Positions 1-7,428 of a stretch of 64,000 nucleotides of DNA are shown one piece after another. Origin of the DNA: an uncultured candidatus Porisulfidus sp. (lineage in GTDB: Bacteria > Pseudomonadota > Gammaproteobacteria > Poriferisulfidales > Oxydemutatoraceae). Made by a program: the position numbers and the translations under genes. The first letter of the stretch is position 1. The number at the start of each line of letters is the position of its first letter. Under the pieces are notes generated by a model. The model saw only the letters and a list, made by a program, of their open reading frames with translations, searched no databases and was not told the origin of the DNA. The stretch lies in the NCBI GenBank assembly GCA_965215125.1, contig OZ244052.1, positions 1,824,001 through 1,888,000 of the forward strand, given 5' to 3'.

Positions 1-1
1 T

Positions 2-256
2 TATTTTATAGATTACGACAGAGCTTCTTTTGCTAAAATCAAATACCCGGCTTTTATTAGAAGATTCTTTGATCTGAAGGATTTCCGCAAAATGACAATA
101 GACGATGTCTCACATTACGATATGCTCAGGCTTTATTTAGGAAGCGAGTACCACGCTTGGTGGAATATAGTATTAGCTTTTTGGCGGTGGGGAGGATTTA
201 ACCTTTTCCAATGGAGTAATCCCGATACCCGTCAAATTAAAAACCACATGAGATAA
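2..256 (+). CDS. 3' end of a gene truncated by the window edge; possibly an LPS/Kdo-WaaP-type kinase
   Basis: Open frame from base 2 to TAA 254-256 reads YFIDYDRASFAKIK...HMR*. The FIDYDR segment resembles the kinase-like DFD motif of the Kdo/WaaP family. Confidence 0.35.
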   Translation, partial: YFIDYDRASFAKIKYPAFIRRFFDLKDFRKMTIDDVSHYDMLRLYLGSEYHAWWNIVLAFWRWGGFNLFQWSNPDTRQIKNHMR

Positions 257-282
257 AAAAACCGCCGCACTAAGGCGGCGGT
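254..282 (-). terminator. Intrinsic terminator downstream of porin A
   Basis: 8-bp stem ACCGCCGC/GCGGCGGT (261-268/275-282), followed by a T-run on the minus strand. Confidence 0.8.
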
Positions 283-347
283 CTCGTGCTATCTCTAGCA
301 CTTGGTCATTCAATCAAATTTCATCCGTGAAATTTGTGTACGATTTT

Positions 348-1703
348 TTAGTCGAACCAGTGCACTATACCGACGGCGAACATTTCTATATTTTCGCCTT
401 CACCAACACCACCGCTATTAATACCGAAGTCATAACCGGCATTGTCTTCGTTGCTAACCTCGGAATAGGTGGCACGCAATTCGGTACCTGCCGGCATCGT
501 GTAGAACACACCGAGATTAATTGCGTCTGCATCGGTGTCTCGCTCGGCTGCTGCCGTACAAACATCGGCATCACAATCCCACTCGTCTGCATCCATATAC
601 GAGAAGCGGAAGTCTATACCGTTGCCGAAAGCATGCTTGCCGGAAATCATATAGGCATCGCGTTCCACACCTGTCCAGATAGGAGCATTTGTGACATCAA
701 TAGCGGGTGAACCCCCACCAATGCCGATAGTACAACTTGCATTGTACTCCAGTTCTTCATACATCGCTGCAATCCAAGTGGATTGACCGTTGCCCCAATC
801 AAACTTATAGCGACCGGCGAGGCGATAACCTTCGTCGTCCGAGTCGGTACAACCCAAGTCTGCTCCAATATTAACTGCACTGACATCTTCGTGTTGCTCG
901 TAAGCGGCAGCAACCCAAATTTGGTTGTTGCCCATATTGTGTTGATAGGCAACACCGGTGGACATGATGCGGGGATCGACATCTGCGCCGTTGAGATTGC
1001 TATCAACACCTTGAGCTTCAATCCCGTCTCCGGAGGTAATAGCAAAGCGAAACTGGAAGCCGTCTCGGGTTTGACTTGCCATCGCCGAAGTATTGGGCCA
1101 TACATATTGTACGATACCCTCTTGACGACGGTTAAACGCTAATGTGCCAAATGCCTTTGAAAAATCACTATCTTTATCAAAGCTACCGTTGTAGAACAAT
1201 GAACTCAGCCCACCACCGGAGCGCGGTGTGTTACCACCGATATTGCCCATAATGCTGGTGTGCGAATCGGCACCGGCATCGTAGAAAGGATCTACCCACT
1301 GGGCAACGATCTCGTTATACGGAAGCAACCATTGACCGACCATGATTTCACCCATTGTTTCATGGCGAAGGCTGAGTTTGGAGTTACGGTTACACCAGTT
1401 AGTGTATTCGTTAAAGCGTCCCCAATAGGTAAATTGTTCGCAACGAAAACCGACTTGCAAACCTTCAATCCCGGTATCCATATGCGCCATGAAACCGATA
1501 TTTGCAGCATTGTTGCTCAAGCGATCGAAATCGCGAGCACCGTTGTCAACGAACTCATACGACCAGTTTTGCCAGCCGTATATGTTAATATTCTCAGCTT
1601 GAGCATTGGCAAACGGTACTGCTGCCATCGCAAAACCTACAAGAGAGATTATCAGTTTGTTACTCTTAAGCCTTTTAATATGTGGCAAGGTTGAATAAGA
1701 CAC
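348..1703 (-). CDS. Gram-negative porin, copy A (predicted silent cassette; functional part 348-1670)
   Basis: Signal-peptide-like LKSNKLIISLVGFAMAAVPFANA, then NIYG, WCNRNS, beta-strand pattern and C-terminal IVHWFD. Paralogous to 2989-4587. The ORF-track start is a GTG with no SD, and homology to porin B begins exactly at the 17-bp repeat. Confidence 0.85.
   Translation of the reverse strand: MSYSTLPHIKRLKSNKLIISLVGFAMAAVPFANAQAENINIYGWQNWSYEFVDNGARDFDRLSNNAANIGFMAHMDTGIEGLQVGFRCEQFTYWGRFNEYTNWCNRNSKLSLRHETMGEIMVGQWLLPYNEIVAQWVDPFYDAGADSHTSIMGNIGGNTPRSGGGLSSLFYNGSFDKDSDFSKAFGTLAFNRRQEGIVQYVWPNTSAMASQTRDGFQFRFAITSGDGIEAQGVDSNLNGADVDPRIMSTGVAYQHNMGNNQIWVAAAYEQHEDVSAVNIGADLGCTDSDDEGYRLAGRYKFDWGNGQSTWIAAMYEELEYNASCTIGIGGGSPAIDVTNAPIWTGVERDAYMISGKHAFGNGIDFRFSYMDADEWDCDADVCTAAAERDTDADAINLGVFYTMPAGTELRATYSEVSNEDNAGYDFGINSGGVGEGENIEMFAVGIVHWFD
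1654..1670 (-). repeat. Left inverted repeat, putative recombination site (CTTAAGAGTAACAAACT on minus strand)
   Basis: AGTTTGTTACTCTTAAG is the exact reverse complement of 2995-3011. Confidence 0.9.
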
Positions 1704-1838
1704 TGTGTGCCGCTGACAGAGGCATTATCTTTTTCTTACAAGGCAATAACATAAGTATAATAAGAAAGCATTTGCCTAAGGCGATTTATACAAATGAGGT
1801 TGTTTAGCCTTAAGTTTACTAATAAAAAGGACGATTAT

Positions 1839-2813
1839 ATGAGAGAAAAAACTATAGAGATTATGGAAAGATCCGGGCATACCGTCTCGGAGATGATAGA
1901 CCGCTATATTAAAGAAGTCTCAATCATTCTCCCCAACACCGTAAAAAATCAAGGCAGTCATCTGAAGTGGTGGCAACAAGAAATAGGACATTATCATTTG
2001 AGCAGTGTGAGACCTGCGGTGTTGATTGAATACCGAAAAAAATTATTATGCGAGGTATCCTGCCGAGGGAAACCTCGTTCTACGGCGACGGTTAATCGTT
2101 ATTTTTCTACATTGGGTCGTGTTTTTGCCGTTGCGATAAAAGAATGGGAATGGATGGAAAGTTCGCCGTTGCAGAATATCTCCAAGCTGGAAGAGCCTGT
2201 CGGGCGCACTCGTTTTTTATCCGAGCAAGAAATCAGCCGCTTGTTAGATGCGTGTGCCTCTCTGAACCATCAAGATTTATATACTGCGGTTGTGTTGGCG
2301 TTGAGCACTTGCGCTCGGCGTATGGAGATTATGTCTCTGCATTGGCAACAGGTAGACCTTGAGCTTGGCGTTATCCATTTGCATAAAACTAAAAACAAAA
2401 CCAGCCGCGCTGTTCCTTTGCAAGGTTATGCGCTTGAGTTAATTCGTGCAAGGTATCAGCCGTCGGTCGCTCCGTCGGCATTGGTATTTCCCAGCCGCTT
2501 AAAACCTAATCAGCCGGTTAGTCTCAGAGCATCTTGGGAGAAGGCGTTGTCGTTATCGGGCATAAAAGATTTTCGTTGGCATGACTTAAGGCATACCGGT
2601 GCCTCATACCTCGCAATGCAAGGTGCCTCTTTGGCAGAACTATCCGAAATACTAGGACATAAAACATTGCAAATGGTCAAGCGTTATGCACATCTTTCCT
2701 TACCACATACGATTCAAATCGTCGCCAGAATGAATCAAACCCTTTTTGAAAATTCGGTTAAAAGTAACAAATGGCTTAAAGACCAGCAAAATTCTTATAA
2801 ATCTAGCAAATAA
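1839..2813 (+). CDS. Tyrosine recombinase/invertase, Rci/Hp1-like
   Basis: Catalytic residues R (STCARRMEI), K (KTKNK), HDLRH, LGH and Y (KRYAH). SAM-like ATVNRY. SD AAAGGA precedes ATG 1839 (ORF track starts at 1794). Confidence 0.92.
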   Translation: MREKTIEIMERSGHTVSEMIDRYIKEVSIILPNTVKNQGSHLKWWQQEIGHYHLSSVRPAVLIEYRKKLLCEVSCRGKPRSTATVNRYFSTLGRVFAVAIKEWEWMESSPLQNISKLEEPVGRTRFLSEQEISRLLDACASLNHQDLYTAVVLALSTCARRMEIMSLHWQQVDLELGVIHLHKTKNKTSRAVPLQGYALELIRARYQPSVAPSALVFPSRLKPNQPVSLRASWEKALSLSGIKDFRWHDLRHTGASYLAMQGASLAELSEILGHKTLQMVKRYAHLSLPHTIQIVARMNQTLFENSVKSNKWLKDQQNSYKSSK

Positions 2814-2862
2814 AATGTGTTGCTAAAAAACAACACTATTTGCCAAAATAGTTATTTTTTTA

Positions 2863-2980
2863 TTGAATTATTGATTAGACAAAACTATAATCTATCCAAA
2901 TTTAAGTAAATCTAGTGTTGTTTATATGGTACTAACTAAGTCATTAGCTATTCTGTTCACAACACATTAACATAAAGGAG
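2863..2980 (+). promoter_or_regulatory. Sigma70 promoter and RBS for the porin expression site
   Basis: TTGAAT (2863-2868), 17-nt spacer, TATAAT (2886-2891), with an AT-rich upstream tract. AAAGGAG at 2974-2980, ATG at 2989. Confidence 0.75.
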
Positions 2981-2988
2981 AAAATTTT

Positions 2989-4587
2989 ATGAAACTTAAG
3001 AGTAACAAACTTATGCTTTTTCTGGTCGGACTGGCGATGGTAGCAATGCCGTTTACTAATGCTTCCGCCGATGCCCATGGCGAGGCTTTTAACATCTACG
3101 GCTGGCAAAACTATTCGTACGAGTATGTTGAAGCAGATCGGACCTTTGAGAACAATAACTACTTCATTCCTGGTGCAGAAGACGAAAGAGAGTTTGATCG
3201 CATTCAAGGTAATGCGGCAAATATCGGCTTCATGGCGCACATGGATACCGGTATCCCGGGTTTGCAAGTCGGTTTGCGTTGTGAGCAATTTACATTCCAC
3301 AACCGATTTACTTCGTCGGGTTGGTGTAATCGTAACTCTAAAATCAGTCTTCGTCATGATACGATGGGTGAGATTATGCTCGGTCAGTGGCTATTACCGT
3401 ATAACGAGATCGTTGCCCAGTGGGTAGACCCCTTCTATGACGCAGGTGCCGATTCGCATACCAGCATTATGGGTAACATTGGTTTCGGAGGTGTCTTCTA
3501 CAATGGTGGTACTTTCCCGTTGGGTACAGGCACGGACTTTAGTTATGAAGGGCTATACGCGCTGAGCTTCAATCGTCGCCAAGAAGAAATCGTCCAGTAT
3601 GTCTGGCCGAACACTTCGGCAATGGCAAGTCAAACCCGAGACGGCTTCCAGTTCCGCTTTGCGATGACGACAGGTGTCAATGACGATGCGCACCTTGATC
3701 GTGTGAATGCATTCACAGGTGTTGATGGTCCGGATGGTTATAACGATCCTTATTGGAGTATCGGAGGAACGGATGGCTTCAGAGACTCTCCGTACACATT
3801 AGATCCGCGTATTTGGTCAACGGGTGTGTCTTATCAGCATAACATGGGTAGCAACCAAATTTGGGTTGCGCTTGCCTATGAAAAGCACGAAGACATCACC
3901 GCACTGGAACTCTCTCGTCCTATTGACTTCCCAGCTGAATCGTATGGTGCCGCCACTTTCTGCGAAGACTCGGATGACGATGCATACCGCATTGCCGGTC
4001 GTTACAAACACGATTGGGGCAACGGTCAATCTACTTGGATTGCGGCCATGTTTGAACAATTAGAGTATGATGCGAGCAATTGTCAAATTCGTAGAGAGTC
4101 CGATGGGACTTTCCACGATCATCGCACACTTTGGGACGATGTAGAACGGGATTCCTTCATGATTTCCGGCAAACATACCTTCGGCAACGGATTTGATGTC
4201 CGCTTCTCGTATATGGATGCCGATGAATTGGAGTGTCCCGGTGGTGTATGCGGTGAACCAGGATTTTATGGTGAGTATAGTGGTTTTGGCCAGGTAACGC
4301 CAGGTACGCGCAACAGTCCAGCTAATGGTAATACTCAGTTTCAAGCTCGCCAAGCTAACAATACCTTTTCCGACAATAATACCGACGCCCAGGCTTATAA
4401 CGTTGGCGTGTTCTACACAATGCCGGCAGGTACCGAGCTACGGCTAACCTATTCAAAAGTAGACAACGAAGATAATGCAGGCTACGACTTCGGTATCGGT
4501 AGCACCAACCTATGGAATGTAACCGATGACAATCAAGATGAAGATGTAGAGATGTTCGCCATCGGTATAGTCCACTGGTTCGACTAA
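2989..4587 (+). CDS. Gram-negative porin, copy B (predicted expressed state)
   Basis: Strong RBS and ATG, signal peptide, NIYG, WCNRNS, C-terminal IVHWFD. Paralogue of copy A with longer loop insertions. Confidence 0.88.
   Translation: MKLKSNKLMLFLVGLAMVAMPFTNASADAHGEAFNIYGWQNYSYEYVEADRTFENNNYFIPGAEDEREFDRIQGNAANIGFMAHMDTGIPGLQVGLRCEQFTFHNRFTSSGWCNRNSKISLRHDTMGEIMLGQWLLPYNEIVAQWVDPFYDAGADSHTSIMGNIGFGGVFYNGGTFPLGTGTDFSYEGLYALSFNRRQEEIVQYVWPNTSAMASQTRDGFQFRFAMTTGVNDDAHLDRVNAFTGVDGPDGYNDPYWSIGGTDGFRDSPYTLDPRIWSTGVSYQHNMGSNQIWVALAYEKHEDITALELSRPIDFPAESYGAATFCEDSDDDAYRIAGRYKHDWGNGQSTWIAAMFEQLEYDASNCQIRRESDGTFHDHRTLWDDVERDSFMISGKHTFGNGFDVRFSYMDADELECPGGVCGEPGFYGEYSGFGQVTPGTRNSPANGNTQFQARQANNTFSDNNTDAQAYNVGVFYTMPAGTELRLTYSKVDNEDNAGYDFGIGSTNLWNVTDDNQDEDVEMFAIGIVHWFD
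2995..3011 (+). repeat. Right inverted repeat, putative recombination site
   Basis: CTTAAGAGTAACAAACT covers codons 3-8 of porin B. Confidence 0.9.
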
Positions 4588-4630
4588 ACCGTCCAATTAA
4601 GAAAAACATACAGACACGGATGTCTCGGGA

Positions 4631-4670
4631 GCTTCCCTCCAATCGGAGGGAAGCCCTCCACTAATTTTTT
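4631..4670 (+). terminator. Probable terminator after porin B
   Basis: 10-bp stem GCTTCCCTCC-aatc-GGAGGGAAGC with a T-run ending at 4670. Confidence 0.6.
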
Positions 4671-4833
4671 CGACCTCTAGTTTATCGAAAAACCCGCTTT
4701 TCAGGTAGCCTTAAAAGTGGGTTAATGTCACTAGACTACCAGAACTAAACCGGTATTAACGAAAAAACAAATTGAAACAATTAACCAAATAAACGAATCC
4801 TCAATGCATACGCCTTGATAGTACTCTACCGCA

Positions 4834-5088
4834 TCATAAAAACTTTATCATCAATCCGACACCGGCAAGGATTATTCCTACAGCCCCATACATCTGTCTC
4901 GTTAGTCTAGTCTCTAGGGTTGCCATTTTTTCTATTACTCTAGCCTCTAGGTTTGCTATCTCTGCTTTTATGTATTCCTTCGTAGCTACTTCCTTTGAAC
5001 TCGCAACATCGGCAACCGCCTCCTTTGCTTCAGCATCGGATACGCCGTTTATCTTTCTCAATGTGTTATACAAGGCAATCTCGGTCAT
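4834..5088 (-). CDS. Small coiled-coil protein with C-terminal TM helix (CCDC90/DUF1640-like), paralogue 1
   Basis: MTEIALYNTLRK...VATKE...LETRL followed by a hydrophobic tail. Paralogous to 5384 and 23455. Confidence 0.7.
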   Translation of the reverse strand: MTEIALYNTLRKINGVSDAEAKEAVADVASSKEVATKEYIKAEIANLEARVIEKMATLETRLTRQMYGAVGIILAGVGLMIKFL

Positions 5089-5201
5089 CTCTATTTACTA
5101 CTTTTATTGTTTATCGTAAAACTCTAAATTTATCACATAATTGATAAGGTGGGACATTTATCAAACTACCCTAATCCCGCAATAGGGTATGAAAATCTGT
5201 C

Positions 5202-5237
5202 AGCACCAAAGTATTTCTCAAAGGCCCTCTCCAATGA
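5202..5237 (+). pseudogene. Relic C-terminus ...STKVFLKGPLQ* of a decayed gene
   Basis: 34/37 nt identical (inverted) to the tail at 5830-5866. The upstream frame is closed by stops. Confidence 0.4.
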
Positions 5238-5383
5238 ATAATTATGGGGCTGTTGAAAAAGTGCCGTGATTGGTAATTTTCGGTAGGTAGGTCCATCCAA
5301 AAGTTTTTAGGGACTTCTTGTGCGGTTTTGACCGCCTGTTGGGTGCCTTGGCAGATAATCTTGTCTTTACAGGAACCTTATCA

Positions 5384-5641
5384 TCAAAGATACTTTATAA
5401 TTCCGACAATCGCCAAACCAATACCTATCAGCTTCCAAGTCATACGCGTCTCTAAATTCGCTATATCAGCTTTGGTCGCCATATCTTTGATATCTGCTTT
5501 CGTTTCTGCTTTTAGTTCTATTATATCTGCCTTAGTTGCTACTTCCTTTGAACTCGCAACATCGGCAACGGCTTCCTTTGCCTCGTCATCGGACACTTCC
5601 GGTATCTTTCTTAATGTGTTGTATAACGCGATTTCTGACAT
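5384..5641 (-). CDS. Small coiled-coil/TM protein (CCDC90/DUF1640-like), paralogue 2
   Basis: MSEIALYNTLRKIPEVSDDEAKEA with repeated TKADI units and a TM tail. Confidence 0.7.
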   Translation of the reverse strand: MSEIALYNTLRKIPEVSDDEAKEAVADVASSKEVATKADIIELKAETKADIKDMATKADIANLETRMTWKLIGIGLAIVGIIKYL

Positions 5642-5831
5642 CTTTATCTCCTATATTTATAATACCTGTTATTATAGCAATTATAACTGAGAAATTGTAA
5701 CTGTAGAGAGGACACATTTGGTGATTTCTCGTAGGCAGTCTAGGTCATCTAAAAGTTTTTAATGGAAAACAATTCCACATAGCCAGCCACCATGTAGTAA
5801 TGTCGGGCTGTTGAAAAAACGCTATGATCAT

Positions 5832-6067
5832 TCATTGGAGAGGACCTTCGAGAAATACTTTGGCGCGTATCATCAAAGCCGGGCGAGTAGTATAAATTCG
5901 TCTTGGCGAGTTAACTTATTCGTCATATCCCCGCCTATCCGTATAGGTTCCTCTCACACGAAATATACTACTCTCTTCTACTAAAGGAAATGTTTCACCT
6001 CCTACCGATACGCTAGAACCCGATATTACATGCGGCGTTTCGATAGCTCCGTCAATATTCATCCAGT
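5832..6067 (-). pseudogene. IS-truncated 3' remnant of a surface/adhesin-like protein ending IRAKVFLEGPLQ*
   Basis: Frame reads WMNIDGAIETPHVI...FRVRGTYTDRRGYDE*VNSPRR...IRAKVFLEGPLQ* with one internal TAA (5916-5918). It is cut at the IS end. Confidence 0.55.
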
Positions 6068-6108
6068 TGACGTTACCCCATTTTTAGGACCACTTGCAAA
6101 GTCAGTTT

Positions 6109-6930
6109 TCATACTATTGCCTCCGCAAATACACTCGGAGGTTGATAACCCAATGCACTGTGCGGACGGACTTCATTATAATCTATGCGCCAGTCTTCTA
6201 TAATCTCTCTTGCTTCTTTTATTGAACGAAACCAGAATTGGTTCAGGCAACCATCTCGGAACTTACCGTTAAAACTTTCTACAAAGGCATTCCGGGTCGG
6301 TTTGCCGGGTTGAATAAAGTCCAATTCCACCTGCCGGTCTCGGCTCCAGTGGAACATCGCCTTGCATCTAAACTCGGTGCCATTGTCGCAGACGATGCGT
6401 ACCGGCTTTACGCCGAGCCATTCTATCAATTCGGATAGATAGTTTGCTACGCGTTGGCCGGTAATTGAAACATCAACAATCTGCCCGACACATTGACGGC
6501 TGGAGTTATCTACTATGTTCAATACCCGAAAGTATCTGCCGTCGCTGAGCTGGTCATGCACAAAGTCCATTGACCAGCACTCATTCACCCTAGCCGGTGT
6601 TGTCGGCACGCAACGCGGATGACATAGCTTATTGCGCTTTCTCTTCGGCACTTGCAGTCCTGCTTCTTTGTAGATGCGGTGAACCCGTTTTTTATTCACC
6701 ACAAAGCCTGCCTCTCGTAGCAAACGGTAGAGTAGCAAATAGCCATAGCGTGGATACTTGCTTGCCAACTCGCACAAGCGACTTCTAATCTCCGCATCAC
6801 AACGCGGCTGTGTTCGATAGTGATAACTACTACGGCTTATCCCGACCAGCTCGCAACTACGCCTCTCACTCAAACTCCAGTGAGTATTCAGCTCTGCAAC
6901 AACGCTTCTTTTGCTTGCCGGGGTCACCAC
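6109..6930 (-). CDS. IS3 transposase OrfB (DDE)
   Basis: WSMDF, CDNGTEF and NAFVESFNGKFRDGCLN motifs. Confidence 0.93.
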   Translation of the reverse strand: MVTPASKRSVVAELNTHWSLSERRSCELVGISRSSYHYRTQPRCDAEIRSRLCELASKYPRYGYLLLYRLLREAGFVVNKKRVHRIYKEAGLQVPKRKRNKLCHPRCVPTTPARVNECWSMDFVHDQLSDGRYFRVLNIVDNSSRQCVGQIVDVSITGQRVANYLSELIEWLGVKPVRIVCDNGTEFRCKAMFHWSRDRQVELDFIQPGKPTRNAFVESFNGKFRDGCLNQFWFRSIKEAREIIEDWRIDYNEVRPHSALGYQPPSVFAEAIV

Positions 6931-7187
6931 TTTTTTGATAGCACATCCTTGAGGGCGGTGATTTCTAGTAATTGCTCGCCGAGTAGTTTCTTGAGTCGGT
7001 TATTCTCCGATACAAGGTTCTTTAATCGCTTGGCGTCATTGACTTCTAACCCGGCATATTTGCTACGCCAGTTGTAAAAGGTGCCATGCGCTATACCGAG
7101 TTCTCGGCAAATATCCTCTATCGTGCGACCTGCCTCATGTGATTTGACCGCACCGATAATTTGCTCTTCTGTATATCGTTTCTTCAT
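6924..7187 (-). CDS. IS3 transposase OrfA (HTH)
   Basis: MKKRYTEEQII...TFYNWRSKY...ENNRLKKL. Confidence 0.93.
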   Translation of the reverse strand: MKKRYTEEQIIGAVKSHEAGRTIEDICRELGIAHGTFYNWRSKYAGLEVNDAKRLKNLVSENNRLKKLLGEQLLEITALKDVLSKKW

Positions 7188-7304
7188 TTTGAAACCTCCT
7201 GTTGTTTACTAATTTAACTGGAAATCTCATCTTTGTCATGGCCCAGTTTTGGGGAGAATGTCAGATTTTTATACTTTATTGCGGAATTAGAGATCCCCAA
7301 TAGC

Positions 7305-7333
7305 TTTACATTTTTTTTTTTCTCTGATAAACT
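7305..7333 (+). promoter_or_regulatory. Putative sigma70 promoter with T11 tract in the spacer
   Basis: TTTACA (7305-7310), 17-nt spacer containing T11 (7311-7321), TG-n-TAAACT (7325-7333). Confidence 0.5.
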
Positions 7334-7428
7334 TGAAGAAAGATAAAAATTTAAACAATTGACTGATCTCTTGTTGTATTAATTTTTAACCTTATTTTGA
7401 TTATCTAAATTTATAAGGAGACCCTCTA

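Larger units (their letters stand above)
1654..3011. mobile_element. Putative invertible segment carrying recombinase, promoter, RBS and start codon
   Basis: Bounded by perfect 17-bp inverted repeats. Contains a tyrosine recombinase and the only recognisable porin expression signals. Confidence 0.8.
6068..7263 (-). mobile_element. IS3-family insertion sequence (IS407-like)
   Basis: TG...CA ends with imperfect IRs (TGACGTTACCCCA / TGACATTCTCCCCA), orfA/orfB overlap, A6G frameshift motif at 6930-6936. No target duplication. Confidence 0.92.

Noticed and set aside
1671-1703. GTG start and MSYSTLPHIKR extension of porin A as a real N-terminus
   Set aside because: No SD and no homology to porin B upstream of the 17-bp repeat. 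It is probably a fortuitous open frame, although low-level use cannot be excluded.
1794-2813. Recombinase as a prophage/ICE integrase
   Set aside because: There are no phage or conjugation genes, no tRNA target and no direct att repeats. The flanking repeats are inverted and lie within porin starts.
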